DNA from: Dehalococcoidia bacterium
Lineage (GTDB): Bacteria; Chloroflexota; Dehalococcoidia; Plut-88900
Assembly (NCBI GenBank): GCA_965197585.1
Contig: OZ240215.1
Span: 896,001-960,000 of the forward strand
Length of the DNA stretch: 64,000 bases
Direction: 5' to 3'
Shown: positions 47,914 through 57,270 of the stretch, piece by piece
How positions within the stretch are numbered: position 1 is the first letter of the stretch
Layout: every line of letters begins with the position of its first letter
The notes under the pieces: generated by a model
The model's database searches: none
Told to the model about the DNA's origin: nothing
The model's input: only the letters and a program-made list of their open reading frames with translations
Position numbers and translations under genes: made by a program

Positions 47914-48732
47914 ATGAAGGTGACCATCATCCCATCGAAGACTCTCTTGCCTCAATACGCCCTGGACCCCGCCTTTTACGATGAAGTTCGAAACGCGAAA
48001 CCCGATTACGCCCTGGTTGAAAGATCTGTCATCCCACCAAACAACGGTAAGGGCTTTGAAGTCAAAAAAGGCCAACTCTTCCGAATCATCCAGGAGACCG
48101 GGCCGCAAGTGGTCGATGTTGTGCTCTGGAACCTCCATGACCCCAGGGAGATATTCAGGCCCGAGCACAGCTTTCTAATCGAGGGATGGTTTGTCGAAGA
48201 GAATACGCGACTCTGGTCCGACGTACCGTACTTCAGGCCTATGGCCACTTGTATAGAAGACACTGTCGAAAGGCAGAGGGGTTGGCACAACCATCTGGTA
48301 TTAGGGTCTCATTGCACTTCCGAATTTCTGGAGATGAGGTCAGAACGAAAAGGGCTCAACTCCTGCCATCTGAACTTCCTCCAGGCCATCGAGCCCTTTG
48401 GCTTGGGCGAAGAGAACATACAGGACAACTTTTGTCTTTGCATGCCGTCCCGGATAAACGCTGAGACAGGAAAAATGGAGATCACTGCGACCAAGGCCAG
48501 AGCAGGTGATTACGTTGCCTTCTACGCGGAGATAGACCTACTGGTTGCGGTATCCGTGTGTCCGATGGGTGACGGCAGCTTTGCCGCCACGACTCCGGAG
48601 AAGATTATAGTCAGGCCATTGGGTGTCGAGATTCTGGACACGGGCATCGAGCCCCGGGAGTTTCCAAAGCGGTATGATTGGAGACCTCATTGGGGAGGTC
48701 ATTGGGAGCCTGGCCTGGGGTCGGGGTCATGA
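47914..48732 (+). CDS. DUF1989 (urea carboxylase-associated/CgdAB-like) protein
   Basis: GPQVVDV..WN, HC, NSCHLNF, AGDYVAFYAEIDLLVAVSVCP. Confidence 0.85.
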   Translation: MKVTIIPSKTLLPQYALDPAFYDEVRNAKPDYALVERSVIPPNNGKGFEVKKGQLFRIIQETGPQVVDVVLWNLHDPREIFRPEHSFLIEGWFVEENTRLWSDVPYFRPMATCIEDTVERQRGWHNHLVLGSHCTSEFLEMRSERKGLNSCHLNFLQAIEPFGLGEENIQDNFCLCMPSRINAETGKMEITATKARAGDYVAFYAEIDLLVAVSVCPMGDGSFAATTPEKIIVRPLGVEILDTGIEPREFPKRYDWRPHWGGHWEPGLGSGS

Positions 48733-48788
48733 AGGGGCTGCACGGCTTTCCGACGCCACAATCCAATTTGTTCTTGTAGGAGGTCCGT

Positions 48789-50006
48789 ATGGTCGACTAT
48801 CTAAGGGAATGCTTGAAAGAGCCCGTGCCGCGGGAGTGGAGCTTCCCGGAGTCCGAGTACCGGGCTCGGTTGGAGAAGACTCGGAAGGCGATGGACGAGG
48901 CGGGGATCGACGTGTTGTTGGTCCATGCCATTGTGGACAACTGTTATCTGAGCGGCTACCAGAGCCTGTGGCCCGAGGCCTACGCGTGCCTGATCGTGCC
49001 ACGGGAGGGCGAGCCGTTCATGCAGGTAGGGGAGATAGAGGGTGCGCTGGCCGTGCTGCAGGGCTACGTGAAGGACATCGTGACGTTTTCCTGGGTCGGG
49101 GCGGATGTTGCGCCGACGCAGCTGGCGCAGCTTCTCGCCGAACGGGGCTTTGGGAATCGAAATATTGGAGTGCAGTTGGGCAGTATTGAGATGGGGCTGC
49201 GCGGGCCGCTGGATGCTCGGGCATACCTTCGTCTGAAGGAGATGCTACCCAACGCCCGGTTCATCGATGCTACGACGCTGATGTTCGATATCCGGGTAAC
49301 CAAGTCGGAGGCCGAGCTTGCGCACATGAGGAAAGCGGCAAGTATCACCTCGGCGGGGATGGCGGCGGCGATAGAAGCTACGGAGCCCGGTGTCACCGAA
49401 AACGTCCTTTCGGGTATTGCTGCCAAAGAGATGATCGACCTGGGTTCGGAGCCTTTTTCAATTGACCCGATTACGAGCGCGAGTCACAGGTCGGGGTGGT
49501 TTCACACGACGTTCAAGCGGGCGGATATAGGAGCAGGGGACCACGTTCTGCTGGAGTTTGGGGGGTGCTGGCACCGCTACACCACTCCGATGATGCGCAC
49601 GGTAATCTTGGGTGAGCCGAGCGATATGGCAAAGAGGATCATAGATGCAAACCGGGCCACCCTGGAACTGACGTATTCCAACGTTAGGGCAGGACGCACG
49701 GCCCACGAAGTGGCGGTGGAGGTCAAGCGAGGGGTGAAAGACGTGGATGAAGAGATATTCAGGTCGGGGCACTTCGGCTATTCGATAGGGCTCGGGTTCC
49801 CGCCGACGTGGACCGACGGCCCCATGTACATCGCCGAGGGTAACCACCTGGTGCTGGAAGCAGGGATGACCTTTCACACTCCCCATTCATACCGGATACC
49901 GGCGAAGTTTGTGGTCGGGGCGAGTGAGAGCATCGCAGTGACCGAGACGGGATGTGAAATCCTGACCTCGGGGTGGGAGGGAGAGCGGATAGTGGTGAAG
50001 GGGTAG
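48789..50006 (+). CDS. M24 family hydrolase (ectoine hydrolase DoeA/EutD-like)
   Basis: FPESEYRARL, YLSGY, RVTKSEAEL, LEFGGC..RY..PMMRT, GYSIGLGFPPTW, GMTFH, GASESI. Confidence 0.85.
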   Translation: MVDYLRECLKEPVPREWSFPESEYRARLEKTRKAMDEAGIDVLLVHAIVDNCYLSGYQSLWPEAYACLIVPREGEPFMQVGEIEGALAVLQGYVKDIVTFSWVGADVAPTQLAQLLAERGFGNRNIGVQLGSIEMGLRGPLDARAYLRLKEMLPNARFIDATTLMFDIRVTKSEAELAHMRKAASITSAGMAAAIEATEPGVTENVLSGIAAKEMIDLGSEPFSIDPITSASHRSGWFHTTFKRADIGAGDHVLLEFGGCWHRYTTPMMRTVILGEPSDMAKRIIDANRATLELTYSNVRAGRTAHEVAVEVKRGVKDVDEEIFRSGHFGYSIGLGFPPTWTDGPMYIAEGNHLVLEAGMTFHTPHSYRIPAKFVVGASESIAVTETGCEILTSGWEGERIVVKG

Positions 50007-50013
50007 GACAGCT

Positions 50014-50964
50014 CTATTTGAGCAGACTCTCCAAACGAGGCTCGAAGACTTCTTTGAGCTTGGGGAGCAGGTTCAGCATCCAGGCCCTTGTCTCCTCCAG
50101 TTTGTCCTGTGGATCGTCTATGGAGCCGTCTTTTCTTATGCTTATAGTGAAGAAGGAGTAGGGTTCAAATCTGTCCCATACCCATTCAGCGTCGAGGAGT
50201 TGTTCGATTTCAGACTTGGTCGTTTGCAGTTCATCAAATATCCGGTTGTTTCGTTCAATGCTGTCCCACGTTCTAACATGTAGAAATACCCATGAACCCT
50301 TATTCGAGAAGCTGACTGCGTAGCCTGTATCTTTGTCGAAGCAAGAAGGAAAGAACCGGCCGGTATGGTCAGAATAGTGGAGGGCCTTTTCGGCGAAATC
50401 TATCCGAAGCATCTCGTTAATCAACGGCTGGAAGAAGGAGTGGTAGCGCTGGGTTGTCGAAGGCATCTCCCATGACTGCAGTGTGAGCTCCTTGTTCCAG
50501 CCACCGGGGTACACCACCTTGTGAAACTTGGCATCAATGCTGGATTGGGCGTCGTTCTTGATGACCTCGACCTTCACGCCGTAGAACCGGATCCCATCAC
50601 CCGTCCACTTGTTGAGCTGATCCAAGGCCTGGGCATGCTCGAACACGAACTCTGGCGCTACCCATATTGCTATGCCCACACCACAACCGGAGGCATAGGT
50701 AAGCAGTTAGCCGAGATGGGTGTGGTCGGTCTCTTCCAACTGGTTCTCGATAGCGACCTTCATGCCAGTCTCGGTGTCTATTGCTAGTATGTCGAGGGAG
50801 AACGGTCCTACCGGCTTTTCCTCTTGGACCAACTCCAGCCTGACGCCAAGCTCCTCTCCCAAGAGATTGAGGTTCTTGGCGAGCCAGGGCGTGAAGTCTA
50901 ATGCCTCGTCCGGCCATTTCGTGCGGACGGGCACCTGTATCATCTGTTCGTCGGAACCGGTCAT
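50014..50964 (-). pseudogene. DUF4268-domain restriction-endonuclease-like protein interrupted by a premature TAA
   Basis: EALDFTPWL...VAIENQLEETDHTHLG*LLTYA; TAA at 50707-50709 where the family has Gln (HLGQLLTYA), frame continues into ORF 50014-50679. Confidence 0.8.
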
Positions 50965-50970
50965 GACTGG

Positions 50971-51312
50971 TTATTCTCCTCGCATACCGGAGTCGCCCGG
51001 TTGAATCGCAAAGTCGCGGCGGTCCCTGTAGAGTAGGGCACGGTTAAGAACACTGTCGTAAATATTGGGGTTTATGTCCTCGACCTCATCCATTACCCAA
51101 TACTTGTACTCGCCTAGAAACAGATATGGCCGTGTCTGGTGGAAGAATTGGCATTCGACGCCTTCACCCTTGAGAATGCGCTGGCAAAATGCACTCAGCA
51201 GGGTCTGCTGTTTGTCCTGCTGGATTACAACGTATTCGTGGGGCCACGTATCGCGGTAAGTGACCGCCTCGCGCCAAGGGGCCTGGGCTATCAGAGTAAT
51301 GATGTCAGGCAT
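50971..51312 (-). CDS. Hypothetical protein (W..A.TY....PHEY motif)
   Basis: 113 aa ORF with PWREAVTYRDTWPHEYVV, YKYWVM, LNRA; abuts the next gene's RBS. Confidence 0.65.
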   Translation of the reverse strand: MPDIITLIAQAPWREAVTYRDTWPHEYVVIQQDKQQTLLSAFCQRILKGEGVECQFFHQTRPYLFLGEYKYWVMDEVEDINPNIYDSVLNRALLYRDRRDFAIQPGDSGMRGE

Positions 51313-51344
51313 ATGAGAGTCCAAGGCCGACACGTCGTTTATGC

Positions 51345-51378
51345 AAAGGGGCCTGGGAGTCGACCCCAGGCCCCTTTT
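51345..51378. terminator. Intrinsic terminator, possibly bidirectional
   Basis: AAAGGGGCCTGGG-loop-CCCAGGCCCCTTTT, downstream of the minus-strand gene ending at 51391. Confidence 0.8.
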
Positions 51379-51390
51379 CACTTACTCAGG

Positions 51391-51624
51391 CTAGCTGCTC
51401 TTATTGGCCTGCACGCTCACGTAGTGAACAAGTGCGATCAGAGCGGATACAGCCAGGATGGTAATCGAGGCGAATCCCATTGTCTGCATCACTCCTATGA
51501 ATATCCCAAGATTATCGCCGGGAAAGACATCTACCATGCGTGCAATCACCGGAACCAGCGTTCCGACGAAAAGCCAAAAGAAAACGAACAGGCCGATCCA
51601 CAGGAACCGTATCTTATCCGGCAT
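51391..51624 (-). CDS. Small two-helix membrane protein
   Basis: 77 aa, two hydrophobic segments, GGGAGG RBS, followed by terminator. Confidence 0.65.
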   Translation of the reverse strand: MPDKIRFLWIGLFVFFWLFVGTLVPVIARMVDVFPGDNLGIFIGVMQTMGFASITILAVSALIALVHYVSVQANKSS

Positions 51625-51711
51625 TGAGCCCTCCCTGCTGATATAAGACCCTCGAAAACGCTAAGGACGTTGTGTTCTTGGATGTCTTCAGATCAGGGGA
51701 CGGAGCGGGAG

Positions 51712-53079
51712 CTAGGAACGTAGGGGCGCTACCCCGTCTTCCAAAATGGCATCCAGGCCCTTGTTAAAGGCATCCATCGTCTTCTCGATGGCCTCTTCGT
51801 CGTGGGCCATGGAGCAGATGCCGATGCGGAGCCAGCAGTCGACACCGTTATAGAGCATCTGCTTTCTGAGGTTGCCGGTCGCAGCGCCGTTGCCACCCTT
51901 GAAGAGGGTCTCGTCGGTGGCTGCGGGAAGCTTGGAGTACTCGGTGGGGTCGGAGTCAGTGTCGCCGAGGTAAACGTGGAACATTGAGGCGTCGCCGTAG
52001 GCGAACCCAGAGATGCCGCGCTCCTGCAGGGCGGCGTGCATCTGTTGACGTAGGGTCTCGGCGGCGGCGTTGGCGATGCGGTGGGGTTCTCCGGTAGCGA
52101 TTATCTTCAGGCAGGCGATTCCTGCTGCCACGGAGACGGGGTTCGCGTTGAAGGTGCCGGGGTGTGGCATGCGCTTCGCTCGGTCCCGTTCTGCGTCGCC
52201 GGTGTGCTGGATGACGTTTAGGATTTCTTCCTTGCCTGCGACACAGCCACCGGGCATGGCGCCCATGAGTACCTTGGCCATGGTGGAGATGTCCGGCTCG
52301 ACGCCTATGGTCTCCTGCCAGCCGCCGGGGGCCCAACGGAAGCCGCTCACTACCTCGTCGATGATGAAGATGGTGCCGTACCTGGTGCAGAGCTCTCGGG
52401 CGGCACGGGCATACTCGGCGGATGTGGGTATGGTGCCCATGTGAGCGCCCGCTCCCTCGATTATGAAGGCAGCGACGTCGCGGTTTGAGAGTGCATTTTC
52501 AAGGGCTTGAACGTCGTTGGTTGGGAGGGTGATAACACTTTCGTGCACACCGGGGGGCAGTCCCGCCGACGGCATTTCGAAGGGCGGGTCGATGCCAGCG
52601 AACAGGGCGTCGGCCCAACCGTGGAAGTTGCCCTGGAGCTTCACCAGCTTGGGTCTTCCGGTCGCGGCTCGGGCCAGGCGGACGGCCATCATGTTGGCCT
52701 CGGTGCCAGAGTTGGTAAAGCGAAGTTTCTCGGCGGAGGGGAATAGCTTGAGAATAAGTTCCGCCAGCTCGATCTCCTGGGCGCTGGAGCCGCTGGCGTG
52801 GCTCCCCAGAGCAACTTGCCGCTGGACGGCCTCCACGACCTCGGGGTGGCTGTGACCCAGGATGCTAGCCCCGTGCCCCGTGACGTAGCAGACGTACTCG
52901 TGGCCATCTACGCACCACTTCTTCGCGCCCTGCAATCGGTCGATATACATGGGGAAGGGTGCGAACATGCGGCCGTCGTGGGTGACGCCGTCGGGGAAAA
53001 GGTTCCTGGCCCGTTGGGCGAGGGCCTGTGACTTAGGGTGGGCCTGAACAAACTGCTCTTGTGCTAACGAGGTCTTCAT
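51712..53079 (-). CDS. Class III aminotransferase (glutamate-1-semialdehyde aminomutase-like)
   Basis: ILGHSHP, RFTNSGTEA, GNFHGW, IDEVVSGFR, MAK, HPGTFNANP. Confidence 0.88.
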   Translation of the reverse strand: MKTSLAQEQFVQAHPKSQALAQRARNLFPDGVTHDGRMFAPFPMYIDRLQGAKKWCVDGHEYVCYVTGHGASILGHSHPEVVEAVQRQVALGSHASGSSAQEIELAELILKLFPSAEKLRFTNSGTEANMMAVRLARAATGRPKLVKLQGNFHGWADALFAGIDPPFEMPSAGLPPGVHESVITLPTNDVQALENALSNRDVAAFIIEGAGAHMGTIPTSAEYARAARELCTRYGTIFIIDEVVSGFRWAPGGWQETIGVEPDISTMAKVLMGAMPGGCVAGKEEILNVIQHTGDAERDRAKRMPHPGTFNANPVSVAAGIACLKIIATGEPHRIANAAAETLRQQMHAALQERGISGFAYGDASMFHVYLGDTDSDPTEYSKLPAATDETLFKGGNGAATGNLRKQMLYNGVDCWLRIGICSMAHDEEAIEKTMDAFNKGLDAILEDGVAPLRS

Positions 53080-53209
53080 TGTCCCTCCAGGGATGAGCTA
53101 CCGATCGGGCCCCGAGTATGCGAATAGACTCGCGTTGCCGGGGGCGGATTCGTGGGCGATTATAGCATAGCGGGTGCAGGTAGCTTGGGCAGGTCAGTGA
53201 GAAATCCGG

Positions 53210-53668
53210 TTAACCTCCGACTCCACCCGGCTCACGAATCCCGTCTTTAAGAAGCGTCTCCAGCGACATGGATTCCGTGCCTGGGGCCAGGGCATACAGT
53301 TCGACTTCGTTGCCATCCGGGTCGAGAAGATAGAGACCCTTAGTGTCTCCGTGGTCGCCGTATCCGGCTATGCGCACGTTGTTTTCTACGACTAGCTGGT
53401 AGGCATTCCTCAGTTCTTCTAAAGACCCGAGCTCGTACGCGAAGTGGTATAGGCCGACGCTGTTGGCGTCGGGGCCCGGGGCTTCTTCCCCGATAGCCAC
53501 CAATGCGAGGTCATGGTCGACGTCAGGGTTGCTTCTCAAGAACACCATCTTGTCCTCATGCCGCCCCTTGACCTCCAGCCCCAGTATCCCGCTGTAGAAC
53601 TCCTCCGATCGGTTGATATTCCTAACTCTGAGCACGATGTGCCCCAGTCTTGTTGGGCTAATCTTCAT
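53210..53668 (-). CDS. VOC (glyoxalase/extradiol dioxygenase) family protein
   Basis: LGHIVLRV, FYSGILGL, GLYHFAY, YLLDPDGNEVEL. Confidence 0.88.
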   Translation of the reverse strand: MKISPTRLGHIVLRVRNINRSEEFYSGILGLEVKGRHEDKMVFLRSNPDVDHDLALVAIGEEAPGPDANSVGLYHFAYELGSLEELRNAYQLVVENNVRIAGYGDHGDTKGLYLLDPDGNEVELYALAPGTESMSLETLLKDGIREPGGVGG

Positions 53669-53793
53669 GATATCCTCCGGCGAATCTAGCGTTGGCCTGC
53701 ATACATTTTAGCGCGGTTGCCACGTTCGGGAACCGGCCTGTATATTACCGGTCTGGTTGGGCCTTGCGAAAGGGCCCCAAGGAGGTTAATCGC

Positions 53794-54819
53794 ATGGGCA
53801 GATACGGATACGCGCTAGGCGACAACATGGACCCTCAAGCGCTGATAGCACAGGCGCGCAAGATTGAGGATGCGGGGTTCGAAGCGGCCTGGTCAAATGA
53901 GCTGTTCACATCCCCATTTGTACCACTGGCGGCGGTGGCCTCCCACACGAGCAACATAAAGCTGGGTTCGAGCATCGCATACGGCTTTACTCGCAGTCCC
54001 CTGGAAACGGTTATCACCTCCCTGGACCTGGACGCCGTAACCAATGGGCGGTTCATTCTGGGTCTGGGCTCGGGGGTAAGGCGGCTGAACGAGATGTGGC
54101 ACGGAGTGCCGGATTACGGCAGGCCTGCTACTCACCTCAAGGAGTGTGTCCGGGCCATCCGGGCGATTGTGGACGGGGTATCGACAGGGGAGCCGGTGAG
54201 ATTCGAGGGCGAGTACTACGACATAGACATGCGGGGCTGGGAGGGGCCACACAAGCCGGTCAACGGCAGTATTCCGATTTATATGGCTGCAGTTAGAGAC
54301 GGGATGCTCCGGGCCGCCGGTGACGTCGCTGACGGAGTGTTGGGCTTCCCGATGTGGTCTTTGCAATGGGTCAAGGAAATGGTGATCCCGAACATTGAGA
54401 AAGGGTTGAGCAGGTCGGGGAGGGAGAGGAAGGACTTCGAGATCCGGGCGGCTGTGACCGTCGCCATAACGAATGACAAGAAGCAGGGATACCGGGACTC
54501 CAGGGGAACCCCCGGCTTTTACACGACGATACGCACCTACCAGCCCCTGGTTAACTGGCACGGCTATGAGGAGGAGGCTGAGAAGATCAGGGAGGCGTTT
54601 GTAAAGCTGCAGGGCTTCGGGGACGAGGTTCTGGAGCCCATCACCGACGAGATGGTGGACACCTTCGTGGTGGTGGGTACTGCGGACGAGGCCCGGGCAA
54701 GGGTGGCCGAGTTCGAGGAGATTTGCGACGCGGTAGACCTGGAAGTGCCACACAACTTCATCCCGGAAGAGGTGCACAACGAATACGAGAACCGGTTGTT
54801 CGAGGTGTTTGGGAACTGA
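53794..54819 (+). CDS. LLM-class flavin/F420-dependent oxidoreductase
   Basis: EDAGFEAAW, LGSSIAYGFTRSP, GRFILGLGSG, FEGEYY, IPIYMAA, AGDVADG; GGAGG RBS. Confidence 0.9.
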   Translation: MGRYGYALGDNMDPQALIAQARKIEDAGFEAAWSNELFTSPFVPLAAVASHTSNIKLGSSIAYGFTRSPLETVITSLDLDAVTNGRFILGLGSGVRRLNEMWHGVPDYGRPATHLKECVRAIRAIVDGVSTGEPVRFEGEYYDIDMRGWEGPHKPVNGSIPIYMAAVRDGMLRAAGDVADGVLGFPMWSLQWVKEMVIPNIEKGLSRSGRERKDFEIRAAVTVAITNDKKQGYRDSRGTPGFYTTIRTYQPLVNWHGYEEEAEKIREAFVKLQGFGDEVLEPITDEMVDTFVVVGTADEARARVAEFEEICDAVDLEVPHNFIPEEVHNEYENRLFEVFGN

Positions 54820-54868
54820 AAAGCCCAGCGGGATGATTAAAGTACTCGGACTAAACATAAGAGTATAG

Positions 54869-55891
54869 ATGCCGATGAAATACTACCTGGGACTGGACCT
54901 CGACTTGGGCATGGAAGGCCAGATTGCGGCGGCAGTGCGGGCCGAGGCCGCGGGCTTCGATGGGTTATGGTCCACCCACTACTACAACTCGCCATTCATC
55001 CCCTTGGCGGCAATTGCCAGAGAGACGAAGTCGATAGGACTGGGCACGAACATCGCCTATGCCTTCACACGCAGCCCGATGGAAACCGGGTTGTCGGCGC
55101 TGGACCTGGATGCCTTGTCGAACGGTAGATTTTCCCTGGGTCTGGCCCCGGGATTCCGCACCATCAACGAAAGGTGGTACGGCGTGCCGCACGGCCGTCC
55201 GGCGCCGCACATGAAAGAGTGCATTCAGGTAACCAGGGCAGTGATAGAAGAGGCGTCGCAGGGTACTCCGGTCAGGTTCGAAGGCAAGTATTACGATATC
55301 GATATAGAGGGTTGGAGCAGGGTTCACTCGATGCCGAGGGAACGCATTCCCATCTACGCCGGGGCGATGCGGGAAGGAATGTGTCGGATGGCGGGAGACG
55401 TGGCCGACGGCCTAATGCCTCATTCGATATGCTCCGCACAATGGATCAAGGAAGTGATGCTGCCCAACGTAAACATAGGGTTGGAACGCTCGGGGCGGAA
55501 GAGGGAAGACTTCGACTTTGCCGCCTGCCTCAGCGTTGCAATCACTGAAGACAAGAAGCAGGCACTCCACGATTTCAAGGACACGATTGCCTTTTCTGCC
55601 GTCACCAAGCCGTACCAGACTATATTCTCGTGGCACGGGTTCGGTCGGGAGGCGGAGGCCATCAGGGACATGTTCCTGGAAAAAGGGTACGGCCCTGAAG
55701 TCATCGAAATGGTCCCTGACGAGATGGTGGAAGCGTTTACCATCATTGGGTCGGTGGATGAAGTGCGGCGCAGGGTCGGCGAATTCGAAGAGTTCGTGGA
55801 CTCCATACTCTTTGCACAGAACAGCTACGGGTCGGGGCCGGAGGGCAAAGTCCGGTACCTGGACGCCGTCTACGACGTATTCGGCCGATAA
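54869..55891 (+). CDS. LLM-class flavin/F420-dependent oxidoreductase (paralogue)
   Basis: EAAGFDGLW, LGTNIAYAFTRSP, GRFSLGL, FEGKYY, AGDVADG. Confidence 0.9.
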   Translation: MPMKYYLGLDLDLGMEGQIAAAVRAEAAGFDGLWSTHYYNSPFIPLAAIARETKSIGLGTNIAYAFTRSPMETGLSALDLDALSNGRFSLGLAPGFRTINERWYGVPHGRPAPHMKECIQVTRAVIEEASQGTPVRFEGKYYDIDIEGWSRVHSMPRERIPIYAGAMREGMCRMAGDVADGLMPHSICSAQWIKEVMLPNVNIGLERSGRKREDFDFAACLSVAITEDKKQALHDFKDTIAFSAVTKPYQTIFSWHGFGREAEAIRDMFLEKGYGPEVIEMVPDEMVEAFTIIGSVDEVRRRVGEFEEFVDSILFAQNSYGSGPEGKVRYLDAVYDVFGR

Positions 55892-56004
55892 GCCCGGTTG
55901 TCCTTGACCCGGTTATGGCCGATTGCTAAAGTAGCGACGCACGTGTGCCCGCTTCCTTAGCCGAAGTCGGGCAAGCGAACCTAAGCTAGCAAAGGCCGGC
56001 ATTG

Positions 56005-56658
56005 ATGATCATTGATATGCATTCCCACTCCGTGTTCTCTGACGATTCGCGCGCCACGGTTGAGCAGTACGCCAAATGGATCAGCAAGGTGGTGAAGAAG
56101 AAGGGGGCGCTGGACGCGATAGTCCTGACCGAGCATCGGGGCTTTGACAAAGATGGAGACTACTCGGAGCTTGAGGCGGAGTACGATATCAGGATATTCA
56201 AGGCCACGGAGCTGGACACCAACCGGGGCCACATCCTCCTTTACGGCGTCAACGATTATCTGCTGAACAAGTTCGATTTTACGGACGTGACCATGGATGC
56301 GGTGTCGCTGGTGCGGGAAGCCAAGGCGTCGGGAGCTTTCACGGTACCGGCTCATCCGGGACGGAAGAGGATCGGGTTGCGAGAGTTCGTGGAGAGCGGG
56401 GTGTCGGTGCCCGAGGTGGAAGTGGTGGAGATATTAAACGGCGGCAGTTCCACGGCGGAGAATGAAAGAGCCCGGGAGTTGGCGGAGGAGAAGGGGTTCA
56501 AGGGAGTCGGGGGGAGCGATGCGCATTTCGTCAACGCCATCGGCAAATACGCGACGGAGTTCCGCAATCCCGTCAACAGCATAGAAGAGTTGGTAGAGGA
56601 GCTGAAGTCGGGCGCCTTCGAGCCGGTGAGGCTCGAAGATCTGTCGCCGGCCCGGTAG
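56005..56658 (+). CDS. PHP domain phosphoesterase
   Basis: IDMHSHS, LTEH, GHILLYG, AHPGR, GGSDAH. Confidence 0.88.
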   Translation: MIIDMHSHSVFSDDSRATVEQYAKWISKVVKKKGALDAIVLTEHRGFDKDGDYSELEAEYDIRIFKATELDTNRGHILLYGVNDYLLNKFDFTDVTMDAVSLVREAKASGAFTVPAHPGRKRIGLREFVESGVSVPEVEVVEILNGGSSTAENERARELAEEKGFKGVGGSDAHFVNAIGKYATEFRNPVNSIEELVEELKSGAFEPVRLEDLSPAR

Positions 56659-56663
56659 TCGTT

Positions 56664-57104
56664 ATGGCTGAAGAGTTCGAGTTCAAATTCAACCGAGACA
56701 TTCTGAATACGACCTTTAAGGCAGGGCCGTTTCGCATAACGCAAGAGATGATCGCGCTGCACACAACTTCCACGGGCGAAACGAACCCGAAATTCGTGGG
56801 AGACGGCAACTCTCACGGAATGACCGCTCCACCCTCCCTTCCCGTCCTGCTAATCGACGATTGGGAACCCCCAGATTTGCAACTGGACTTCGACGGGGTG
56901 CTTTACCTTGCGGGGTACTGGGTAGAGCCCATCGGCGCGGTCAGGCCGGGAGACGTGCTGGACGCCTCAATAACGGTGACCGACGTTTACGCGAAGACCG
57001 GGCGCTCGGGGCCCATGGTGTTTCTGAAGAAGGAAGCTCTGTTCACCAATCAGGACGGGGTCCCGGTTGTGAAGGTGGGCGCGACCTCGGTGTGGCGGAA
57101 GTAG
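56664..57104 (+). CDS. MaoC-like hot-dog fold dehydratase subunit
   Basis: GETNP, APPS, VRPGDVL...VYAKTGRSGPMVF...FTNQDG. Confidence 0.8.
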   Translation: MAEEFEFKFNRDILNTTFKAGPFRITQEMIALHTTSTGETNPKFVGDGNSHGMTAPPSLPVLLIDDWEPPDLQLDFDGVLYLAGYWVEPIGAVRPGDVLDASITVTDVYAKTGRSGPMVFLKKEALFTNQDGVPVVKVGATSVWRK

Positions 57105-57156
57105 GGCTTAGACGAGAGGGGACCTGCCAGTCTGAGACTGAGTGAGAATGGGATCA

Positions 57157-57193
57157 CCCTCACCCTAGCCCTCTCCCGTCAAGGGAGAGGGGA
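57157..57193. repeat. REP-like palindrome between convergent genes
   Basis: CCCTCACCCTAGCCCTCTCCC-GTCAA-GGGAGAGGG; same family as 41092-41142. Confidence 0.75.
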
Positions 57194-57270
57194 TTGGACC
57201 TCCCCTCAGCCGCCCGGAATAAGGGATATGCAAAAGTTCCATTGAGGGAGAGGGTATTTTGTTGGGAGGG

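Noticed and set aside
50707-50709. Recoding at the internal stop of the DUF4268 gene
   Set aside because: The stop is TAA at a conserved Gln position, not UGA/UAG; simple nonsense mutation is the better explanation.
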